From Candidatus Latescibacterota bacterium (GTDB lineage: Bacteria > Latescibacterota > UBA2968 > UBA8231), in NCBI GenBank assembly GCA_965248355.1, contig OZ252098.1, positions 1,408,001-1,472,000 of the forward strand: a stretch of 64,000 nt of DNA, read 5' to 3'. Made by a program: the position numbers and the translations under genes. The notes under the pieces are model-generated. The model saw only the letters and a program-made list of their open reading frames with translations. It made no database searches and was not told the DNA's origin. This document shows, in pieces, positions 28,853-36,700 of this stretch. How positions within the stretch are numbered: position 1 is the first letter of the stretch; every line of letters starts with the position of its first letter.

Positions 28853-29183
28853 TGACCGGGTAAGCCTGGTCGATATGCTCATCTACGCCAGGGAAGCCGT
28901 CGCCTTGTCCGGGCAGAAAAGTCTGAAGGACCTGGAAAAGGATCGGGTTGTTCAGCTCGCCCTGCAGAAACTGGTGGAGATTGTCGGCGAAGCGGCCAAT
29001 CGCGTTTCCCAGGAGACACAGCAAGGTCATCTGGAAATCCCTTGGCCCCAAATCATCGGAATGCGCAACCGCCTGGTTCACGGCTACGATGAGGTCAATC
29101 TCGAGATCCTGTGGAAGATTGTTGAGACTGACTTCCCTCCACTCATCCAGCAACTGGAAGAGATCGTTGGAGACGAGCCATAG
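28839..29183 (+). CDS. HEPN (DUF86/HepT-like) ribonuclease toxin
   Basis: EIVGEAA, IPWPQIIGMRNRLVHGY (Rx4H plus Tyr). Overlaps the MNT gene. Confidence 0.92.
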   Translation: MSRRDDRVSLVDMLIYAREAVALSGQKSLKDLEKDRVVQLALQKLVEIVGEAANRVSQETQQGHLEIPWPQIIGMRNRLVHGYDEVNLEILWKIVETDFPPLIQQLEEIVGDEP

Positions 29184-29242
29184 CGGCACTTGCCGCCCCG
29201 GACCGGGGGCGGCGATGTTTCGGGCGAGGGCGATCCTACCAC

Positions 29243-29691
29243 CACAAGACCGGAAGCCGGAACGCGTCCTCCGGGAGGCGCAGGTCGACGTCATCATCGT
29301 AACCCTCAACTTCGACGACCACCACACCTACGGCTTCGACCGCACCGTGCTGCCCCTGGCGGCGGAGCGCAACGTCGGCGTGGCGGCCATGAAGGTCTAC
29401 GGCGGCGCCGAGGCGATGGAGTACCGCACCGGTGAGGACGAGGACGGGCGCCCCTCCGCCCTGGAGGCAAACGCGCGGGACTTCGACCACGAGAGAGCCT
29501 TCCGCTGGGCCCTCGGCCTGCTTGGCGTCGGGGTCGCCGTGATCGGCATGTACTCGGAGAAGGAGCTGGACCACAACATCGAGTGGGCCCGCCGCTGGCA
29601 GCCGCTCACGGCGGAGGAGGAGGCGCAATTGCTGGAGGAGGGCCGGCGCATCGCCCGCTCCTGGGGCGACCACTACGGGGACCTGCTGTGA
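29243..29691 (+). pseudogene. Diverged duplicate of the 3' half of the aldo/keto reductase
   Basis: 29243-29681 aligns to 27456-27895 at roughly 90% identity by eye. No 5' half is present. Confidence 0.9.
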
Positions 29692-29933
29692 CCCTCTCCG
29701 CTTTGCGGCGGGAGCCGCCCGAGGGCCGCGCCGACTTCGTCAGGGAGATCGCCGACGACGTGAGCCGGCGCATCCGCGAGGGCCTCGTGGCCGAGGCCGA
29801 GGCCCGGGAGTTGGCCGCGGGTCTGCGCTTTCAGGCGGGACTGCTGCTGCCGGGCCGCCTGGAGGCGTTCGACCGCATCTACGGCTCCCGCTTCGAGCGC
29901 CTGATCCGCCAGTTCCTGCGCGGGGAGAGCTGA
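29688..29933 (+). CDS. Small hypothetical protein (81 aa)
   Basis: GTG overlaps the AKR-remnant stop (GTGA). Ends FDRIYGSRFERLIRQFL. Host-like codon usage. Confidence 0.6.
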   Translation: MTLSALRREPPEGRADFVREIADDVSRRIREGLVAEAEARELAAGLRFQAGLLLPGRLEAFDRIYGSRFERLIRQFLRGES

Positions 29934-30061
29934 AGGCGACGGCGGTGGTCCCTATGCGTTCGGGTATCGTCGACACCAGCCGGCCCGTCTTGCGAGGTAG
30001 GAGGACAGCGCCGAGCGTTGATGAAGTTGGCTCATCGATCGGATGAGGGAAGCTCGGGTTT

Positions 30062-30853
30062 CTACGGTAACAGAACTGGCTTCAGATCAAACCTGTTCCC
30101 ATCGGTGCTCATTTGATAGAGTGGTATATCGGGCATTTCCTTGAGAAGAGCAAGAACCGTCTCGATGTCTGAACGGGAAGCACGTATACCGAAGGTGATG
30201 GACCGTACGCGTGCATCCGTACTCTTTTCACGGACGAGTTCTCCGGGCTCTTTTGAAAAGAAAACTAGCCGCCACTCAAGCTCGTACCTCCAGCACGGAG
30301 CTTTCGTGTACAGAATCTTATTCATGAAGCCCACAGGGTCTTCAAAGAAACTGAGATCCTCGGTTATTGGACGCCTGTTACTGTATTCGACCCTCCTGCA
30401 TGCACTTCCTCCCAGGTCGTTGTTGGGCGTGCGTTCGTATTCGATACAGATACCCCTGTGGTTGTCGGCGTAGTGAGACCACATAAGCACTTCGAACGGC
30501 GTAGCACTGAGCGAAGCAACACCACAAGTCCGTATTGCTTCCTGCATCCACGAGAGGGCTTCAATCATCTTCTGTCTCTCGTCATGCACATTGTCAACGG
30601 TGTAGTTCTCCGGTTCGCCCTTGGATCGTGCGCATTCGTTCAAGTGGGCGGCAATGTCCGCGTCCGAAAATGAAGGCTTGAAGACAGAAAGTGTATCAAA
30701 GGGATCATTGAATGAGCGGGGCTTGGCGAGCCAGAGAATCCCTTTGACCAAGCTCGATATGGAATGTTTGTCAATGGGGCAGTACCTAAACAGTGAAGTA
30801 GGGTTGTCCGAAGAGATTTCCTCTCTTGAAATCAAGACTGCATTCCTCCTCAA
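30062..30853 (-). CDS. DUF2971 domain protein
   Basis: LFRYCP, FNDPFD, LMWSHYADNHRGICIEY, KAPCWRYELEWR. Much lower GC than its flanks. Start uncertain. Confidence 0.85.
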   Translation of the reverse strand: MRRNAVLISREEISSDNPTSLFRYCPIDKHSISSLVKGILWLAKPRSFNDPFDTLSVFKPSFSDADIAAHLNECARSKGEPENYTVDNVHDERQKMIEALSWMQEAIRTCGVASLSATPFEVLMWSHYADNHRGICIEYERTPNNDLGGSACRRVEYSNRRPITEDLSFFEDPVGFMNKILYTKAPCWRYELEWRLVFFSKEPGELVREKSTDARVRSITFGIRASRSDIETVLALLKEMPDIPLYQMSTDGNRFDLKPVLLP

Positions 30854-30928
30854 AGAAAGTGCCTGGCAAGGAGAGGCTTGGATTTCCTCTTCGCAGTCCT
30901 GACGGTTCCGCCGCCCCGGCGGTAACCC

Positions 30929-33601
30929 TCAGAACGCCGTCGCCGAGACCGCCTTGGCGATCATCAGCGTGGCGGCGCAGAACATGCCCACCAGGGACAT
31001 GCCCACCCCGAAGCCGACGGCCAGGACCATGGCGTACTGGCGCCACTGCTGGCGGCCGTAGCGCGGCCAGAAGTAGTGCTTGGCGATGAGGGCGCCGATG
31101 ACCTCGGTGAACATGGCGAAGAAGGTCGCCGCGCCCGCCGAGGCCACGCCCCGGATGAAGCCCCAGACGAAGAACATGGGCATGCCGAGGAACCCGAGGA
31201 TCGAGTAGAGGCCCAGGCCGAAGACCAGGCCCACGACCATGATGGGCCACTTCACGCCCTTCGTGGGGTGGCCCAGGTCCTCGTCGATCTCGCCGTCGCC
31301 GTCGTCGTCCTTCTGGTTGAGGACCTCCTCGTCGGCCAGGCCGTCGAAGTCCTCGTCGCGGCCGTCGCCCGTCGACTTCGGGTCCTTCCAGAAGATCTGG
31401 AAGAACATGGGGGTCTCCAGCGAGCCCTGGAAGAAGTCGCCCCGGAAGCCGGGATGCGTGTCCAGCTCGAAGAGACAGACCACCTCGCGGTCGTGCCAGG
31501 CCTCCGGCAGGCGCACGCGCAGCATGGTCTCGGCCTGGGCCACCACGCCGCCGTCGGCGGGAGACAGCCGCAGGGGCCGCGGCAGGTCCGGGTTGGTCCT
31601 GCTGTCCGGGGGCGGCTCGAGCAGGACCGGCTGCTGCCGGTCGGCGCCGGCGCCGGGGAAGTCGGTGTAGAAGTACCCCGTCGCCGACCAGGGCCCGTAG
31701 CGCCGCAGCCCGGGATTCTGGATCTGCACCTCGTCGGAGACCCGGACGCGCCAGTAGTAGAGGGAACGGTCCTTCAGGTTGGCCGGGCTCCAGGCCACCT
31801 CTCCCGGGGGCAGGACGCGGCCCTCCACCTCTTCCCCCGCCTCGTAGGTGAGGCTGTACTGGGTCGCCGAGAACCGCACCGCCTCCTGGAAGGCGCGGGC
31901 GGGCCAGAAGGTCTGCACGTAGGGGTAGGCGTCGGAGGGGATGGGAGCCAGCTTCCACAGGAAGCTCCAGTACATCAGGCTGGCGCCGAGGACGATGGGC
32001 ACCATGACCAGCTCCGCCTTCAGCAGGCTGGTGAAGCGCATCCCCGTCAGCTCGATGATGCGGAAGGTCTCGGCGTTGCCGCCGAAGTCGGCCCCCGCCA
32101 GGGGCACGAACCAGATCTCGACGCCGCGGTACCCGGTGAGAAAGACGATCGCCTCGTGCAGGTGCGGGATCTGCACGTTCTGCCCGATCAAGCCGTCCAA
32201 CCGCGCCGAGACGAAGGACATGATGGGGGCGTAGACGAAGGCGAGGACCAGCATCACCACCAGGATGCCGGTGGTGACCAGCGACGGGAACAGGGTCTTG
32301 GCCAGGAGGAGGGGATAGGCGGCGGCGAGGAAGAACAGGCTGAGGCAGATCCACACCGGGAAGTCGCCCCGGTTGAGATGCTTCACGCAATAGCCGCGGA
32401 TGCGGGACGGCTCATGGCACTCCGGGTGCCGGCAGACGTCGGGGTCGTGGCCTTGGGCCTCCGCCTCGGACCGGTCCTCCCGGTGCTCCCGGGTGCCGCG
32501 CACCACCTGCACCAGGGAGATGATGGTGGTGGCGAAGATGACGCCCAGCCCGAAGGGCTGCCAGAAGTCGACGCCGGCGGTGATCTGCGTCTGCACGGCG
32601 CCCATGCCCGGCACCCAGTGGGGCATGAACCCGTAGTGGTGCAGCAGCGGCGACAGGACGATGAAGGAGACGACCGCGGCGAAGGAGCCCATGACGCTGT
32701 AGAACGGCAGCAGCAGGCCGGCGAAGATCGGCGACAGGCTGAAGCTGATGGCGATCGGCGTGGCCCCGAGGTAGCGCCCCAGGGTCGGGGTGAGGTCGGC
32801 GAAGGGGATGGGCAGGATCGTGACCTTGGTGCCGGCGAAGACCTCGGTGAGGGACGGGATCCCCACGTAGACGAAACCGAAGACGAGGCCGATCGCCCCC
32901 CCCATGGTGAAGCAGGGCCACTTCCAGGTCTGCTTCTCCGAGCCGCTCTCCTCGGCCAGGGCCATGGCCCCGAGGGCGGCCTGGGGCGCCGTGGGGAAGG
33001 GCAGGCGCTCGCGGTCGGAGACCAGCCGGAAGAGGACGTACCCGGAGGTGAACCAGGTGATGCGGCCGACGATGATGCCCAGCACCAGCAGGGCGATGGG
33101 CAGGGCCCAGTCCATGTGGAGGAAGGTGCGCTGCAGGATCGCCTCGGAGTCGGGCGGCGGCGAGAACCACCCGTACCCGAGCCACTTCAGGCCCACCAGC
33201 TTCTCCGTGAGGCCGAACTGGGCGGCCTCCTGGGAGCCGACGAAGTACTGCCGCCAGATCAGCTGCAGGAAGGTGCCGGTCTCGGCGCGCACGATCAGCT
33301 GCGAGGCGACGTAGGTGAGCAGGAAGATCTCCTGCCGCCTCAGGGTCGTGAAGGAGCGCTTGGCGATCTCCAGGAAGAGGATCACCGTCACCCACTGGGC
33401 CGCGTCGCCGATGCCGATGCCGGTCACCAGCGACAGGTACATCTGGCCCGGGGTCATGATGAAGGCGATGAACAGCACCCCCACCAGGGTCTTGATGGTG
33501 TACCCGTGCTCGAAGCGTTCCGGCGCCTGCAAGAGATCCCGGTATTCGTTGATCTCCTGGTACTGGCGCTCTCGCTTCGTCTGTCGGGATTTTTCCGCCA
33601 T
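30929..33601 (-). CDS. OPT-like oligopeptide transporter with inserted soluble domains
   Basis: Many TM segments, ERLPFPTAP motif, a large hydrophilic insert with YYWRVR and DxDxDG repeats, and a C-x4-C-x9-C-x2-H loop. Confidence 0.7.
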   Translation of the reverse strand: MAEKSRQTKRERQYQEINEYRDLLQAPERFEHGYTIKTLVGVLFIAFIMTPGQMYLSLVTGIGIGDAAQWVTVILFLEIAKRSFTTLRRQEIFLLTYVASQLIVRAETGTFLQLIWRQYFVGSQEAAQFGLTEKLVGLKWLGYGWFSPPPDSEAILQRTFLHMDWALPIALLVLGIIVGRITWFTSGYVLFRLVSDRERLPFPTAPQAALGAMALAEESGSEKQTWKWPCFTMGGAIGLVFGFVYVGIPSLTEVFAGTKVTILPIPFADLTPTLGRYLGATPIAISFSLSPIFAGLLLPFYSVMGSFAAVVSFIVLSPLLHHYGFMPHWVPGMGAVQTQITAGVDFWQPFGLGVIFATTIISLVQVVRGTREHREDRSEAEAQGHDPDVCRHPECHEPSRIRGYCVKHLNRGDFPVWICLSLFFLAAAYPLLLAKTLFPSLVTTGILVVMLVLAFVYAPIMSFVSARLDGLIGQNVQIPHLHEAIVFLTGYRGVEIWFVPLAGADFGGNAETFRIIELTGMRFTSLLKAELVMVPIVLGASLMYWSFLWKLAPIPSDAYPYVQTFWPARAFQEAVRFSATQYSLTYEAGEEVEGRVLPPGEVAWSPANLKDRSLYYWRVRVSDEVQIQNPGLRRYGPWSATGYFYTDFPGAGADRQQPVLLEPPPDSRTNPDLPRPLRLSPADGGVVAQAETMLRVRLPEAWHDREVVCLFELDTHPGFRGDFFQGSLETPMFFQIFWKDPKSTGDGRDEDFDGLADEEVLNQKDDDGDGEIDEDLGHPTKGVKWPIMVVGLVFGLGLYSILGFLGMPMFFVWGFIRGVASAGAATFFAMFTEVIGALIAKHYFWPRYGRQQWRQYAMVLAVGFGVGMSLVGMFCAATLMIAKAVSATAF

Positions 33602-33787
33602 CAGGCCACCTGTCGCAGGGCGAGATCAGCCAACAAGAGTTTCGCGCCAGCGAAACTCGCAACAAAGCCGCGCAGCGGCTTTGCGATCTCCTGGTACTGG
33701 CGCTCGCGCTTCGTCTGTCGGGGTTTTTCCGCCATCAGGCCGCCTGTCGCAGGGCGGGATCAACCCACACGCGCAGCGGCTTTGCGC
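33551..33787. repeat. Imperfect tandem duplication (134-bp period) of the OPT start region with hairpins
   Basis: 33551-33628 matches 33685-33761. Hairpins GAGTTTCGC-GCCA-GCGAAACTC and CAAAGCCGC-GCA-GCGGCTTTG lie between the copies. Confidence 0.9.
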
Positions 33788-33790
33788 GTT

Positions 33791-36700
33791 TCACGAGATC
33801 TCCTCCACCGGGTCCAGCTCCAGCTCGCCCGCCGGCAGGGACACCTCCCGGCAGTGGACGGCGTGCTCCTCCTGGATATCCGTCTTCAGCGTCTGCCACA
33901 CCAGGAACCGCTTCCGCATCTCCAGCATGAAGCCGAGGTTGAGGCGCTGCCAGAAGGCCACGGGCCCGCTCACGCGCTCGATGTAGAGCTGGATCTCGCA
34001 GATCGACGGATTGCCCGTGGGCGCGATGGTGAACTGCAGGTACTGGCTCACCCCCATGTCGAAGGGCGCCAGCCACAGCAGCAGCTGCACGGCGCGCTCC
34101 CCCTCCTCGACGACGATGCGCGTGCGCTCGGTGTACATGTGCCCCACCGATTCGTGGCCGTACGAGCAGAAGAAGGAGTGGAGGTACCCGCACAGGGAAT
34201 CCACGGCCTTCACGTTGACGGTGAAGGGGAAGGGAAAGCGCCAGACGTCGTCCTCGGGATCGGGCAGCTGCCAGCGGCGCACCACGTCGGGGACGGCCAG
34301 CTGCGCCGCCGTCCGGGCGGGGTAGACGCTGGACAACAGGACCACGGCGATCACCAGCAGGGCCGAGCCGATGGCCGCCGTGGAGGAGTAGTTGAGGGAG
34401 ACCCCGCCGAGCAGGCCCAGGGAGAGCAGCACCTTGCCTCCCACCTGGCCGAGGACGTAGCCGATGACCACGCCGAGGACGCCGTAGACGCAGGACTCGG
34501 CGACGAAGAGGAAGGCGATGTGGACCGGCGCCAGCCCCACCGAGGAGTAGACGCCGATCTCGCGGAAGCGCTCGTAGACCGCCCCCATCATGGTGTTGAG
34601 GACGATCAGGGCGGCGATCAGGATGGGGATGACGAGGGCGCCGAGGCCCTCCACGCTGGTCAGGCCGATGCTGCTGTAGGCGTAGGTCCTCGGCTCGCCC
34701 TCCTCGTCGGGCATGCCCACGAAGAGGCGGAAGTTGGCCCGCGTGAGGTACTCCTCGATCAGCTGACGGCTCGGCACCTCGTCGTCGAAGGAGATGGCCA
34801 CCGACATGAGCTCCGCCCCCAGGCTCTCCAGCCGGGCGTAGGGCATGACGGCCAGCCGGGCGGCGGACAAGTGCTCGTAGCCGACGTCGATGTCGGCGTC
34901 CATGAAGAAGTCGTTCATCATGAACATCTGGTCGAGGCCGGGCATGTTGAACTGCTCGAACTGCTCCTTGGCCGGCGTCAGGGGCTCGTTGTTCAGGTCC
35001 CGCACCTCCTCGAAGAGGAGAGGATCGTAGATCCCCACGACCTGCCACCCCTGGCCGAAGACGCGCACCAGGGGCCCCTCCCCGCGCTCCACCTCCTCCT
35101 CCGAGATGCCGAGCTGCTCCGCCAACGGCGCCGCCAGGATGGTGCTGCTCTCGCCGGGATCGACGAACCAGCGGCCGGCGGTCAGGGCGCGGTCGATGCC
35201 CGTCACCTCGGGCTCGGCCGGCGTCAGGCCGAGCACGCCGAGAGCGTCCGCCTCCCGCCCCCGGAAGCGCATGGGGATGTAGCCCTCTTCCTCGAAACCC
35301 ATGGTCATCCAGGTGCGCGCCACCACGGTGCCGGCCTCGCCGAAGTGGGAGTGGAGGTAGTCGTAGACCGGCGGCTCCCAGGACCACCAGTGGATGTCGT
35401 GCATGAGGACGCCGCGGTAGAGGGGCTCCCAGTCCTTCTCGAAGCCGACGAAGCGGATGGCCGGCTTGAAGGAGGTGAAGGAGAGGACGGTGAAGGTCAG
35501 CATGGTGATCGTCGTCAGGGTCAGGCCGGTGCGCAGCACCCGGCGGCGCATGTTGGAGATGCCGAGCATGAAGGCCACGTAGGCGGTGCCGGAGCGGCTG
35601 AGGTCGCCGCTGGCGGTGCCCGCCGAGCGCTGGCGCAGCTCGGCCATGTAGGCGTTGAAGCGGGAGACGACGAGGGTGATGACGAAGATGGCCATGGCCA
35701 TCACCATGAGCGCCAGCAGCACGATCACCGGGTGGGCCAGCTCGAAGGCCGGGTGCACCTGGGACAGGATCACCCAGATGACGAGCATGATGGCGGTGAA
35801 CCAGGCGATCTGGCGGCGGATGTCGGGGGCCGCGAAGAGCAGGCGCTCGGCGAAGAACGCCGCCGGCACCAGGAGGGCGACGAAGAACACGAGGCCGGTG
35901 ATGATGTCGTTCTGGGTGCTGCGCACGTCCGGGTAGGCCCGGTACTCCAGGCCGATCGCCTCGCGCACGTACTTGGCGTAGCGCCCCCAGTCGAGCCCGG
36001 CCATGGCCTCCTCGGCCTTCTCCACGGCCACCAGCGCGCGCTGGTGCAGAGCGTCGAGGCGCGGGTTCTCGATGGCGAACTCGCGCATGCGCTCCATGCG
36101 CACCTCGTCGAGGCGCCACATGTCCCGCGTCGACTGCAGGGTGGCGTACGGGATCATGCGCCGCCGCGACAGGTCGAAGCCGGCCCCCTGGGCGCTCAGC
36201 TCGTCCACGGCGCCGGTGTTGTTGAGCAGCACCATCGACTTGTCCACCAGGCGCAGCGGCTCCTCCGGCGGTCCGTAGAGGACCATCATGCGCTCGAGGA
36301 AATCGCCCATGACGTAGCCGTACTGGCGGGGCACGGCGCCGCGGTCGTCCAGCACCTTCATCCCCCTGTGGGAGTTGCCGAAGGTGAAGTGGAACCCGGC
36401 GTGGATGCGGTCGTGGATCTCGATGCTCTCGGTCTCGAAGAGGATCGTCGTCCACACCGTCTCCGCCTTGGTCAGGCCCTGCCGCCAGGCGCCGATCTTC
36501 TGGGCCCGATCGCCGAGGTCCGTGGCGTAGGTGATCTCCCCCGTCTCTTCATCGAGGAGGAAGGCGTGCACCTCCATCCTCCCCCGGGACAGGCCGTTGA
36601 CGGCGTAGTTGCCCTCGTCGTCGGCCAGGGCGATCCAGGGGCGCCACATGTCGGGGTAGTAGTCGTGGAGGAGGACCACGGCGCCGTGGGGCACCGGGTC

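Noticed and set aside
27456..29681. DGR TR/VR pair
   Set aside because: Differences are largely at synonymous C/G positions rather than adenines, and no reverse transcriptase is present.
33551..33787. CRISPR-like array or DGR template/variable repeat
   Set aside because: Only two copies, no spacers, no cas or reverse transcriptase, and mismatches are not adenine-specific.
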